A DNA stretch of 64,000 bases from assembly GCA_041641295.1 (NCBI GenBank), contig JBEPYO010000001.1, positions 832,001-896,000 of the forward strand. Direction: 5' to 3'. The position numbers were made by a program, and so were the translations under genes. Source of the DNA: Nitrososphaerota archaeon (lineage in GTDB: Archaea; Thermoproteota; Nitrososphaeria_A; Caldarchaeales; Calditenuaceae). Below, in pieces: positions 20,212 to 31,574 of the stretch; position 1 is the first letter of the stretch, and each line of letters opens with the position of its first letter. Below the pieces are notes generated by a model that worked only from the letters and a program-made list of their open reading frames with translations, was not told the DNA's origin and searched no databases.

Positions 20212-21910
20212 AAGATTATGCAGGCTTCACGGCTACCTAGGGGAACGCCCGTTCATCTCAATGGTCATAAAGGAGCTGGACAGATCATGGGATGATAAGA
20301 ACATTTTTGTCATAGAGGCTCCGACAGGGTACGGTAAGTCCAGCATTAGTGGGGCTATAGCACTGAAGGCGTACGAGGAAGGTGGAAAACTGATCATATC
20401 CTTCCCTATGAGAACTCTGCTTGAGGATCAATTCAACAAGATCAAGAAAATCGTCCCCACTGCTGATGGCCTCGTAGGCAAGAGGTATATGCATGAGCAC
20501 TCATCGCCATATTTGATCGCTCCCATAACTCTCACCACGATAGATACATTATCTCTAACCATGTTTGGACTAGCTCCCGAAGATTTAGATAAGGTGATTA
20601 AGGGGTGGCATGACTTGACAGGAACAATAGAAGGCACGTATGGGCATTACCTATTCTCACAATCCTCTGTCATATTCTCTGACCTAGTGTTGGATGAAGT
20701 CCACCTTCTTAGTGATGAGACAAAATCATTGACGTATCTATTCACGTTGCTGCTACACGCAATTGACTGCGATCAGAAAGTGGTTTTGATGTCTGCCACA
20801 ATACCGCAGAAATTAAAGGATGAGCTGAAGAATATACTGTATCAATTCGAGGACAAGGTCGAGTGGTTCGAGTTTGATCCATGTGCCGATGAAAAGTTTC
20901 TCCAAGATAGGATCGACAAGAAATATGAGATCAAACTAAAGCAACTATCGAAGAAAGATAAGTGGTGGGAGGAGATTAGAGGTTGGATTAGTGAGAGGTG
21001 GGAGGTGGGCTATAGGAGGGTACTCGTCGTCTTCAACACGGTCCAAGAGGCAATAAAATTCTATGACCATGTGAAGAATGATTTCAAGAATGTGTTGTTG
21101 ATACATTCCCGTTTCACAGAGTTGGATAAAAGGAGAAAGCATGAAAGACTAGATGCGCTGAAAGGGGAGAGAGAGTATCTCATAGTGGGGACACAATCTG
21201 TTGAAGCCGGCATAGATATCTCGTCAAACCTCTTGATAACCGATCTTGCCCCCGCCCATACGCTTGTCCAACGTTTTGGTAGGTTCCTTAGATACGACGG
21301 TGAAAAAGAAGGAGAGGCATATATTTGGAGGAGCGATGACGTCTTTGGGCAAAGGTACAAAGTCTATGACTGGGAGCTATGTAAGGAGACATTAGAATTT
21401 ATGAAAGCTCGTATCGGCAAATTGAACTTACATATTCCGAGTATCCCTAGTGGGGCAGCCGAAGTTGGGTACAGTGGCTATAAAGAGTTGATAGACAGTG
21501 TGTATAGGCTTGTCGAGATGGATGTGAATGTTAAGGAGATAGAGGATATGTTAAGAACCTTTACAAACCTTCACAGCATCGACTATGCTGTGGAGAAATT
21601 CTTTGAACTCGGTGGTAGCTTCATAAGAGAGTCTCCCTTGATACCCGTCCAAGTTGAGTCCGTCTCAGAGCCCATACCTATAGATTTTCATATATTCTTA
21701 AAATTATTGAAGTCTGGGAGGGTTAAGGGGTGGGTCAAAGAGAATAGGGGTGATGTCGTTAGGGAGCCGTTAGGATCCGACGACTCGTGGTTAAGGGATG
21801 CGAGAAAGCTCATCAAACTTATTTATACGAAAGGAATTAGGTCCTTCATTATTGATGGTGAATACAGCTACGAGTTTGGGCTCAGAATCAGTGAGGCAGA
21901 AGATGAATGA
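20165..21910 (+). CDS. cas3: Cas3' helicase
   Basis: APTGYGKS, DEVH, MSAT, HSRF and QRFGR motifs; true start may be TTG at 20186. Confidence 0.95.
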   Translation: MRPYCGNLAGLKKAYERLCRLHGYLGERPFISMVIKELDRSWDDKNIFVIEAPTGYGKSSISGAIALKAYEEGGKLIISFPMRTLLEDQFNKIKKIVPTADGLVGKRYMHEHSSPYLIAPITLTTIDTLSLTMFGLAPEDLDKVIKGWHDLTGTIEGTYGHYLFSQSSVIFSDLVLDEVHLLSDETKSLTYLFTLLLHAIDCDQKVVLMSATIPQKLKDELKNILYQFEDKVEWFEFDPCADEKFLQDRIDKKYEIKLKQLSKKDKWWEEIRGWISERWEVGYRRVLVVFNTVQEAIKFYDHVKNDFKNVLLIHSRFTELDKRRKHERLDALKGEREYLIVGTQSVEAGIDISSNLLITDLAPAHTLVQRFGRFLRYDGEKEGEAYIWRSDDVFGQRYKVYDWELCKETLEFMKARIGKLNLHIPSIPSGAAEVGYSGYKELIDSVYRLVEMDVNVKEIEDMLRTFTNLHSIDYAVEKFFELGGSFIRESPLIPVQVESVSEPIPIDFHIFLKLLKSGRVKGWVKENRGDVVREPLGSDDSWLRDARKLIKLIYTKGIRSFIIDGEYSYEFGLRISEAEDE

Positions 21911-22686
21911 TATCGGACGACGTCCTGAGCTATTATAAAAGGCTAAGGAATGGCCAGGAGCTAAAAGAGTTTCTGAAAGACCACATTAGAGATGGTATCA
22001 CGGTTATGGAGGATATTGACAATAGCCGTCTAGAGAAGTTCGTAACAGGCCGACTCCATGTGCATGATTTTAAGGATCTTGTAAGACTTGCAGTAGTATT
22101 CCACGACGCAGGTAAGGCATTCTACCAGACTGAGAGAAACTTAAGGGAAGATAGGGATAGTGGGGATAGGTATCTGTCGTTTACGGGTCATGAATTTATT
22201 TCAGCTTACATAGCTGATCGATTCGTCAAGGAGAAAAACATACAGGGATATGCGCCTGACCTCTACTCTGTTGTTTTTGCTGTCTATTTCCATCACCATG
22301 CAATAGACATTGATAGGAGGGAGAGAGAGGCGATATTTAGGCTGAGACACATTAGCCAAGCCGAGTTTGGGACTGCAAAGGAAAAATTGAAGGGGGTTCT
22401 TGAACTCTTTATACAAGGTGAGGATAAGGGGTTTCTTATGAAATGCTTAGACAGACTTAGTATTAGCAGATTGAATAACTTAGCCCTCCGACAAATTGGG
22501 AATGAAATCTACGATCGGATGGTGCATAGGCCTAATCCGCGGCTCAGGAAGCTATCCCTTATCGTCCTTGACTGCTTGATAGCGTGCGACTATCTATCAG
22601 CCAAAAACCGCGAGAGTAGTGAGTCAGAGTTTTCTCGAGTTATATCGAAATTCTATGATACTTGGATGAGAAGACATGTATCTTAA
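21907..22686 (+). CDS. cas3'': Cas3'' HD nuclease
   Basis: DH, FHDAGKA, HEFIS, HHH and DY.SA motifs. Confidence 0.93.
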   Translation: MISDDVLSYYKRLRNGQELKEFLKDHIRDGITVMEDIDNSRLEKFVTGRLHVHDFKDLVRLAVVFHDAGKAFYQTERNLREDRDSGDRYLSFTGHEFISAYIADRFVKEKNIQGYAPDLYSVVFAVYFHHHAIDIDRREREAIFRLRHISQAEFGTAKEKLKGVLELFIQGEDKGFLMKCLDRLSISRLNNLALRQIGNEIYDRMVHRPNPRLRKLSLIVLDCLIACDYLSAKNRESSESEFSRVISKFYDTWMRRHVS

Positions 22687-22823
22687 CAATACACCCTCAA
22701 CCCTACTATAGCTAAAAAACAAAATACATTATGACTAGCTCTACGATCTTCAACTAAATCAGAATTCTATGAAGAAATCTACCCACTAACAACGCTAAAG
22801 TTGTCTTTCCCAAATCTCTTACA

Positions 22824-25800
22824 CTCTCAATTCCTTCCAAAATTCAAGTTAAGGTGGTTACGCCTCTAACCTAGTCCAAAATCTTCTGCACAATCTTTCA
22901 ATTCCTTCTAGGATTCAGGATAACCTAACCAATATTTGTAGAGTCGCAGTCATGCTTCTCAATTTAACTTTCAATTCCTTCTAGGATTCAGGTTATTTCA
23001 ACTAATCCGAGCAGTCGCGCCCGCGTATATTGGCTTTCAATTCCTTCTAGGATTCAGGATCTCTTTTCTAAGCTGCTTAAACCTCTCATTCCTAGCTCTT
23101 TCAATTCCTTCTAGGATTCAGGTTACATCATGGTTCGAGACTGATGAGCTGACTGCCCTTATCTTTCAATTCCTTCTAGGATTCAGGTGACGTTAGGGTG
23201 ACCTCACAGTGGGACAGCGAGATTTACTTTCAATTCCTTCTAGGATTCAGGTTGACTATTGAAATAAATGAGTCGGATATTATAGAGCTCTTTCAATTCC
23301 TTCTAGGATTCAGGATGAATTTTTGGCCGCTCTTAAGAGGGAGGCCGAGGTGGATTAAACTTTCAATTCCTTCTAGGATTCAGGACCATATCCGATCCAA
23401 ACTCCTCTAGCCTCCGAGTATAACTTTCAATTCCTTCTAGGATTCAGGCCCTATACCCACCCGTAGCAGCCCTCTACATCCTAGCTAACCTTTCAATTCC
23501 TTCTAGGATTCAGGAGCCATAACCTACATAGTAGCTGTCTAGGGGTTGTGCCTTTCTTTCAATTCCTTCTAGGATTCAGGCCTATTTAGACGGCTATGTA
23601 GGTGTTGATAAGGTCCTAGCTTTCAATTCCTTCTAGGATTCAGGACGCATACTACTGCCCAGAAGAGCATCAAATAATAGTTAACTTTCAATTCCTTCTA
23701 GGATTCAGGTTGAGTTAGAAACTAAAAAGCCCAAGAATATTGATGTACCCGGCTTTCAATTCCTTCTAGGATTCAGGCTCGGCCAATTCTTTATCACGAA
23801 TCTTGAGCGATACTATATCTTTCAATTCCTTCTAGGATTCAGGATTGGTTCCCATAACCCGCCGCAAGTACACCACCATAGCACTCTTTCAATTCCTTCT
23901 AGGATTCAGGGTGTAATTGGGGTTTGCATAATGCGTGCAGGGGTTTTGTCTTTCAATTCCTTCTAGGATTCAGGACCAGACCTAGGGCCGCACACCATCT
24001 TTATCCCTGTCCGCTTTCAATTCCTTCTAGGATTCAGGGGCCGATAAAGACATGGTTTTCGGAAGTTTCACGCCGTCTCTCTTTCAATTCCTTCTAGGAT
24101 TCAGGTAGTTGTTCACGACCCATTCTTAGAGGATGCGACAGAGGCCCAGCTTTCAATTCCTTCTAGGATTCAGGAGACCTTGGCCGGGAATTCGTGGAGA
24201 TAAAAGCGATAGACGGCGAAGTCTTTCAATTCCTTCTAGGATTCAGGGTAATTTTGGTGAATTTCACTTAAAGGTAAACATAGTGGTTTCTTTCAATTCC
24301 TTCTAGGATTCAGGCCACCTAGGCGATGACTCGGTTGTCATGGCGTCGGTCTTTCAATTCCTTCTAGGATTCAGGCACTAGAGTATAGAGAGTGGGAAAA
24401 TATCGCGGCAATTGCTAGCTTTCAATTCCTTCTAGGATTCAGGATTGGTAAATTTCGGTCTAAGCCTATTCTGGGATTTGCTAAACTTTCAATTCCTTCT
24501 AGGATTCAGGAGGGCTAGATGATAGGCTAGCAATTGCGCAACTTGAGACCATTACTTTCAATTCCTTCTAGGATTCAGGAGATGGATATTGACATTAGCG
24601 AAGCCGCGTTTTTCAGGATGGCCTTTCAATTCCTTCTAGGATTCAGGCACAGCCAATATGTGCTTGCATTCCACGCCCCGGTATCGGTGGTCTCTTTCAA
24701 TTCCTTCTAGGATTCAGGCGTTTATCGTCTACTTTAGCCATAGGAGGTCCACCCTGTTATCTTTCAATTCCTTCTAGGATTCAGGTATTCCGAATTAATA
24801 TTATATGACAGGCAAATAGTTTTTCGCTTTCAATTCCTTCTAGGATTCAGGATTGAGTAGAGAGTTAAGGTCTCTGATACGTGAAATTTATGGTCTTTCA
24901 ATTCCTTCTAGGATTCAGGGCCATTTATTGCGGATGAGATATATGAATCAAGTATTGTTAACTTTCAATTCCTTCTAGGATTCAGGCTCTTTTGACTTGG
25001 CTGTGAATGTGAATCCTACGGTTTGGCTTTCAATTCCTTCTAGGATTCAGGGACTTTGGCCGTTATCGGGATTCAACCGTGGTCACGGCCATCTTTCAAT
25101 TCCTTCTAGGATTCAGGGTAGTTTGATGACCAAATTAGAATCATTTGCAATTTCTGCGTACTTTCAATTCCTTCTAGGATTCAGGTTCCTGCCCCGTTTT
25201 TCCTCTACTATTGGGATTGTGATACGTCTTTCAATTCCTTCTAGGATTCAGGTTATCTCTCGGATTATTTGTGGTCTAATGCCGTATTGATACTCTACTT
25301 TCAATTCCTTCTAGGATTCAGGGGAAATCCCAGCTTTAAGCTGGATAAATGGGTTGAGGACCCCTTTCAATTCCTTCTAGGATTCAGGATAATATAGATA
25401 ATATTGAGAAGCTGTTGGACGAGCCGCTTTCAATTCCTTCTAGGATTCAGGCTATATTCAGGATGGTCGTTTTGGAAAAAGGCTAGTGATCTTTCAATTC
25501 CTTCTAGGATTCAGGGATAAGGGTTTGGTGGGTGATTATCAGCCCAGAGAGAGAACTTTCAATTCCTTCTAGGATTCAGGTTACGAAATACGAAATTGAT
25601 TGGCGGCGTGAAGGACTAGTTAACTTTCAATTCCTTCTAGGATTCAGGATAAGCTCCGGCGGCGTCCACTCTCCTATCGGCGGCACACCTTTCAATTCCT
25701 TCTAGGATTCAGGTAGAAGCTCTGTGATATGGCGACCTTAGTTTTAGTTGACCGCTTTCAATTCCTTCTAGGATTCAGGGTATGGAGATGCATCGGTACA

Positions 25801-27361
25801 TTGGTAAGAGCGCTATACCCCTTTCAATTCCTTCTAGGATTCAGGAGTACCGCAGCAATGTTTCGTAAGCTCTATGAGGATTTATTTCCCTTTCAATTCC
25901 TTCTAGGATTCAGGAGATACTTCAGCTGATAGAGAAGTGGCCGGGGATAATCTCCTTTCAATTCCTTCTAGGATTCAGGCTGGAAGAATGGGTTAAGGCT
26001 GAAAGGGCCCTCACACTGTTTCGGGACTTTCAATTCCTTCTAGGATTCAGGGTTAAGGGATTTGCTGACACGGGTACGGCTGACATCTTTCAATTCCTTC
26101 TAGGATTCAGGAGAGGCTCTGTCGCCGAGAGGGTTACTGGCGGAGTCGTGACCTTTCAATTCCTTCTAGGATTCAGGGTAGGCTTAGCTTTGTTAAGTGG
26201 ATGCTTAATCTCAAAATCTTTCAATTCCTTCTAGGATTCAGGGTAAGCGTTTCCAGATTAGCTGGTTGATTGTTATGTCTGTCCCCTTTCAATTCCTTCT
26301 AGGATTCAGGAGAGAGAAGGGGCTATTGACAGGGATTCTAGAGCGTGTCTATCTTTCAATTCCTTCTAGGATTCAGGAACCGGTAGATGTACTTCATCCA
26401 CCACTCAAGCGTACGTCTTTCAATTCCTTCTAGGATTCAGGATCATCCTCAATAACCCGCAAGTCAGTCTTAATCTTATCACTTTCAATTCCTTCTAGGA
26501 TTCAGGTCGGTATTACAAGTGTAGATGTAGTGCTGCTTACCCGTTGCCTTTCAATTCCTTCTAGGATTCAGGTTAAGCGTGCCTGTAGGTGGAAAGGTAA
26601 AGCTTAGTGCAATCTTTCAATTCCTTCTAGGATTCAGGGAAACTTGGCAGCCGTTCACCGGTGATGTCGGAGCTAGTCGCGCTTTCAATTCCTTCTAGGA
26701 TTCAGGCTACCGCTACTACATCGTCTTGCAATCCTAAACCTCGTACTTTCAATTCCTTCTAGGATTCAGGGGTCGATATGGGCGATATACGCGAAGAGAG
26801 ATCCAAAGAGTCTTTCAATTCCTTCTAGGATTCAGGAGCATCCACTTAACAAAACTAAGCCTACGCCTAAGCTCAACTTTCAATTCCTTCTAGGATTCAG
26901 GGCCGGGTATGCCTGCGGCGATTAGAATTCGCAGTTGTACCCTTTCAATTCCTTCTAGGATTCAGGAGAAAAAAGAGCAAAGCTTATATACCCACCGCCA
27001 CCCTCTTCTCTTTCAATTCCTTCTAGGATTCAGGGCCCAGCACACGGGCCCGATGCCCCGCTGCACAGACCTGCTTTCAATTCCTTCTAGGATTCAGGTG
27101 CAGGCATTAATCGCTAGGCGGTAGAGCCATGCATAACATCTTTCAATTCCTTCTAGGATTCAGGATAGGAAAGTTAGGGCTTATGGAGTTGAAGCCTTGG
27201 TTTGACTTTCAATTCCTTCTAGGATTCAGGAGTGCGTAAGCTTGTGGCTAGGGAGAAGCCACATGTTGACTTTCAATTCCTTCTAGGATTCAGGTTAAAT
27301 CCAAAACCCAAAGTGATACCGCCGCTAGCCAAGGCTCTTTCAATTCCTTCTAGGATTCAGG
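22824..27361 (-). CRISPR. CRISPR array 2: 68 repeats CCTGAATCCTAGAAGGAATTGAAAG plus one degenerate trailer repeat (22824-22848)
   Basis: 25-bp repeats from 22895 to 27361, counted by eye; leader on the right. Confidence 0.99.
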
Positions 27362-27520
27362 TGAAGCTATTTATTTTGGTTGTGTGGTTCTATTTAAGTT
27401 TGACTTGTGTTTTAGTGGTAGGTACGGCTGTTTTTGCTCATCGCGGCTGTTTTCCGGCTTTCCATATTTCAGGACCCCCTCTGGAGTGCCCTACTTTATA
27501 TAGGGCTCCTGAAGAAGTCT
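27362..27520 (-). promoter_or_regulatory. CRISPR leader 2
   Basis: Homologous to leader 1; TATA (TATATAAA on -) near 27495. Confidence 0.9.
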
Positions 27521-27926
27521 TGGAAGCTATCTATCGTGGCAGGGTCCACTCCTTCGTGGGAAGTACTTTTCTTCCAAAAACACCTATGGCAGAGACTTCA
27601 TCAACCACTCTTAGTGTAAGAACCTCTGCGTTGGGCTCCCAAACTAATTTACTACTCATTTCCATATCATATAGATATAGATAATGGATGTTATTATAAG
27701 CGCTCCTCCAGCCAAGACATTAGTAATAAGAGCGTCTCTTGGTTCAGGAATTAGATATCGATTAAGACTAGAGTATGTTCCACCACCCACCATCAAGCAG
27801 CCAACAGAGAAGCCAAAGGTAATAAGCGTTGAAGTGTCAGAGAAGTCGGTGGAGGCCGAGGTTTGGGGTGAAAGCCATGAGAAATTGTCTCGGAATGGTA
27901 AATATAGAATACGTCCGCTCCAGATA

Positions 27927-28528
27927 TGCTTGGGAAAAGCCCTCAGAAGAGGGCCGCCAAAACCAATTCCGAAAAAAGGTAGGAAGCTTGAAGTGAGTGC
28001 ACGATCAAAGACACTCTATCAGCTTTTACAAAAACCTATAGACATTGAGAGGCTAGGACGGTTCATAGAGCACTGCGAGGACTGCAAGAGGAGTTTTCTG
28101 AGAGGATTCTTCGATAGCGAGGGTTCTGTGAATAAGGGAAATGGGGTAATTACTTGCTTTAATACAAATACTAGGCTTCTCAAATATGTCCAGAGACTTC
28201 TCCGGTTCTAGGTATCAGAACAACCGGACCGCAACTCATGAAGAAGAAAGGGACAACCTCTACAATATTTGGGAGAATATTCATAAGTAAAAAGAATGTA
28301 TACTACATCACAATAATGGTGAGAGACGTACTAAAATTCTATCAACTGGTCTGGTTCACTATAAGGCGAAAGCAACAACTCCTCGAGGAATATCTCAGGA
28401 GACGCGGGCTACTAAAGGAGAAGCCGCCTAACCAATTCTCACCCAATTATTTCTCCCCTAAAATCTCAACACACTCATCACATATAAAACTCTCCCCCAG
28501 CCTGGCGGGGGCTCGAGAATCATCCTAA
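27927..28528 (+). pseudogene. 5'-truncated, frameshifted LAGLIDADG endonuclease; paralogue of 54871-55935
   Basis: CLGK...SKTLYQLLQKP...FLRGFFDSEGSV aligns by eye with the intact copy; a frameshift near 28206 restores LGIRTTGP. Confidence 0.88.
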
Positions 28529-29448
28529 ACCTTATCCCTGAGGCTCTTCCTTATCTCGCCTAGGGTTGCTGAGAGCCGCGCCTCGAGGTCGTAGCTGTGA
28601 ATACTCTCGATACTCCTGACATGGACCGTGAGCAACGTCTTGTCGTCAAGCGAGGAGTATCTCTGGGATATCTGGGCAGCTACGAGCCTAGCCACGTCCT
28701 CGACGAAGAGCGGGTTGCTAAGCGCCTTCAAGACAACCCTACCCTCATCAATCCTCTTCAAGACCTCATAGGATGGAGCGCTCATACACCCTTTCACGAG
28801 GTCGGCGAGATCCAGAAGGTCTATGGTCTCACCGTCGACTAGGAAGAGCCTCACAGAGGCCATGGTCCTCTGCATGTGAGTCCCAACTATGTTATCGTCG
28901 CCGATGATGGAGTTTTTCTCCCACTCTGCGAGGGTCTTCACTGTCTGCTGTGCGCATGGGCATGCTGTGATTCCGCTCACCGTGACGCCTATCCCCCTCC
29001 GCGTCTTCACCTTTCCCTCGAGTCTCTCGGCCTCTGCGTAGGCCCAGACGGGTATGACCTCGTAGGCCTCAACCATGCTTGTGGGCGTCTTGGATATTCT
29101 GAACACCTCGCCCCTCAGCTCGCAGCTTGAGTGGGTGGAGTATTCGTGCCTGGCTAGGAGCTCCTCGGCGACACGCGCGCAGACGTCCTCAAGCCTCTGC
29201 CCCGAGAATGTTGACTGGTTCACAATCTTAAACACAGACTCGTAGCTCCTGCTCGCGTGTATTCCCCTCTGACTCTTTGGCAGGTCGACATAGACCTTGA
29301 GTAGCGGCCTCTGGACAACAACTACACCGTCGCCGAAGTGGACGCTGGCGTATGGGACTCGTATACCCACGAGCCCGACCTTCTTGACCCTTATAGGCAC
29401 CTTCGCGGGCTCTGACTGAATATCTGGCAGAACTGGGCGATTACTCAA
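28525..29448 (-). CDS. mptA: GTP cyclohydrolase MptA (FolE2 family)
   Basis: LPDIQ, RGIHASR, TACPCA, HMQR, KR.DE, NP.FVED and ESIH motifs. Confidence 0.92.
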   Translation of the reverse strand: MSNRPVLPDIQSEPAKVPIRVKKVGLVGIRVPYASVHFGDGVVVVQRPLLKVYVDLPKSQRGIHASRSYESVFKIVNQSTFSGQRLEDVCARVAEELLARHEYSTHSSCELRGEVFRISKTPTSMVEAYEVIPVWAYAEAERLEGKVKTRRGIGVTVSGITACPCAQQTVKTLAEWEKNSIIGDDNIVGTHMQRTMASVRLFLVDGETIDLLDLADLVKGCMSAPSYEVLKRIDEGRVVLKALSNPLFVEDVARLVAAQISQRYSSLDDKTLLTVHVRSIESIHSYDLEARLSATLGEIRKSLRDKV

Positions 29449-29536
29449 CTTTTAGTTCCTATGTCTGTCCATGGACCCCCGTATAAATACCATTCACATC
29501 AAGCCGCCCCACGTAATCTTGGCTCGGGGGCACCTT

Positions 29537-30823
29537 TTACGGCTGGACCCTTGTGGGTGTTCTGGGGAAGGGGGCGGCCATTCTGACGTGTGGCAGGTCG
29601 AGAATCCATTTGAGGACCCTCTCGACGCCCATCCCGAAGCCGGCGTGTGGGACCGAGCCATACTTCCTGAGGTCGAGGTACCAAGAGTAGTCCTCTGGCC
29701 TGAGGCCCTCCTCCAGTATCCTGCTCCTCAGCTCCTCGTAGTCGTCAATCCTCACACCGCTCCCCACAATTTCACCATTCCCCCGCGGCGCCAAGAGGTC
29801 TGCGCTCAGCGTAACCTCCCTGTTTGCGGGGTCCGGCTTGTGGTAGAAGGCCTTAAGCTTTTTCGGGAAGTGCGTGAGGAAGACGGGCTTATCGAACTCG
29901 CTGGATATTATCCTCTCCTCGTCGGCGCCTATGTCTATGCCCCACTCGGCGTCTACCCCATGCCTCCTTAAAATGTCCAAGGCCTCTGCATAGGTTATCC
30001 TCGGGAAGGGCCCCTCAACTTCTTCGGTCCTTATGCTCCTACCGAGAATCTTTAGCTCTCTCTTCGAGAGCTCGTCGACGCGCAGCACCACGTATCTTAC
30101 CAGCTCCTCTATAGTCTTGAGAAGGTCCTCGAAACCAGCGTAGGCCATCTCGGCCTCGACGTGCCAGAACTCTGTGAGGTGGCGGGTGGTGCGGCTCTTC
30201 TCAGCCCTAAAGCTGGGCTGGACGCTGTAAACCTTCTCCAGAGAGTAGATGGCTGCCTCTTGGTAGAATTGGACGCTCTGTGTAAGGTAGACCTTCTTGC
30301 CGAAGTAGTTTACCTCGAAGAGTGTCGCTCCACCCTCTACAGCGGCTGTGACTAGGGTGGGGCAGTCGATCTCGACAAACCCTCTAGACCTGAAGAACTC
30401 GTGGACCGCCCATATCAGGTTTGACCTAATCCTCATAACCGCAGTAACCCTCGGACTCCTCAGATAGAGGTGTCTGTTGTCGTAGAGGACTCTGGCTGTG
30501 ACGCCTTTTCTTATCGGGAAGTCGTCGAGCGACTGGCCTATCGTCTTGAAGTATGTGCAGCGGACCTCCACGCCCCCAGGCGCGCGCGGGTCGTGGGCGA
30601 CGGTGCCGCGGAGAATTACTGAGGATTCGCGGCCGGCCCTGCTTGCCTCCTCGAAGCTCTCGGGGCCAACCCTGCTGGCGTTGACTGCTACCTGTATGAC
30701 TCCTGTCGAGTCGCGAAGGTCGATGAAGAGGAGACGACCGTGGGATCTCTTCCTCCATACCCAGCCCCTAAGCTCGACCTCCTCGCCCTCAGGTGCGTCA
30801 AAGACCTCCCTAACACTCCTCAA
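29537..30823 (-). CDS. asnS: Asparagine--tRNA ligase
   Basis: OB fold; EGGATLF, FRAEKSRT.RHLTEFWH.EAE and PHAGFG.G.ER motifs. Confidence 0.88.
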   Translation of the reverse strand: MRSVREVFDAPEGEEVELRGWVWRKRSHGRLLFIDLRDSTGVIQVAVNASRVGPESFEEASRAGRESSVILRGTVAHDPRAPGGVEVRCTYFKTIGQSLDDFPIRKGVTARVLYDNRHLYLRSPRVTAVMRIRSNLIWAVHEFFRSRGFVEIDCPTLVTAAVEGGATLFEVNYFGKKVYLTQSVQFYQEAAIYSLEKVYSVQPSFRAEKSRTTRHLTEFWHVEAEMAYAGFEDLLKTIEELVRYVVLRVDELSKRELKILGRSIRTEEVEGPFPRITYAEALDILRRHGVDAEWGIDIGADEERIISSEFDKPVFLTHFPKKLKAFYHKPDPANREVTLSADLLAPRGNGEIVGSGVRIDDYEELRSRILEEGLRPEDYSWYLDLRKYGSVPHAGFGMGVERVLKWILDLPHVRMAAPFPRTPTRVQP

Positions 30824-30863
30824 CCCAGACCATCATAGCGTGTGGGAGACCAATTATACATAG

Positions 30864-31520
30864 TTATGTCTGGCTTGTGGGTTGTGTTCTTGTCTCTGAG
30901 CCTGCCTCGTATGTGCCGAGCAGTATCATGGTTAGGGCGACAAGCTGGGCTGTGTGGCCGAGGATGTAGTATAGAACGTTCAGGGGGGTTAGGAAGAAGA
31001 AGACATGGCTTAGGAGGAGTGCTAGGAACCCGGTAAATATTTCTCCAGACCCTCTCGGCCTCCCGCTGGCCCAGTTGTGGGCTGTCTCCACTACCACGTA
31101 GACCAGTAGCCCCGCAGAGATGATCTCGAAAAGGGGGTTGTAGATGGTGAGCAGCAGGGGGGAGAGGGCCTGCACAGCTTGGGTGGGCCTGAGCCTAGAC
31201 GCGGCGTAGGCGGCCATGAAGATGACATAGGCGACGACCCTGACCACCGAGTAGATGACCTCTACAGTGATAAGGCCTAGGACTGGGTAGAGTAGAGACC
31301 TGCCTAGAGGCCCGGCCACCGCGACCACAAACCCTACCACCGCGACCCTGAAGAGCATGGCTGCCGACATGAAGGCGAACCCCACTCCGAGGAGAAGGAA
31401 GCCCCTAGAGCCGAGAATCCTGTAGGCCCTGAAGGACTGCACAGCTATGAAGATTCCTATCAATAGGCTTATGGCCTCAAAGACCACGTCGATTCTCAGG
31501 AGCGAGAGTATGCCTAACAA
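30864..31520 (-). CDS. Polytopic membrane protein (about 7 TM)
   Basis: Hydrophobicity pattern. Confidence 0.7.
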   Translation of the reverse strand: MLGILSLLRIDVVFEAISLLIGIFIAVQSFRAYRILGSRGFLLLGVGFAFMSAAMLFRVAVVGFVVAVAGPLGRSLLYPVLGLITVEVIYSVVRVVAYVIFMAAYAASRLRPTQAVQALSPLLLTIYNPLFEIISAGLLVYVVVETAHNWASGRPRGSGEIFTGFLALLLSHVFFFLTPLNVLYYILGHTAQLVALTMILLGTYEAGSETRTQPTSQT

Positions 31521-31574
31521 CCGCTAAACCCTAATGGGGGTGGGAGAAAAAATACGTATAGTCTTGCGGCATTC

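Noticed and set aside
10301-27361. Self-targeting spacers within the window
   Set aside because: None spotted by eye; not excluded without an alignment search
28209-28211. TAG read-through in the LAGLIDADG pseudogene, suggesting amber recoding together with cas1
   Set aside because: Alignment to the intact paralogue shows a frameshift, and many genes in the window end in TAG
28495-28512. CCCCCAGCCTGGCGGGGG as a tRNA-end remnant after the LAGLIDADG pseudogene
   Set aside because: No T-arm sequence; only a short GC hairpin
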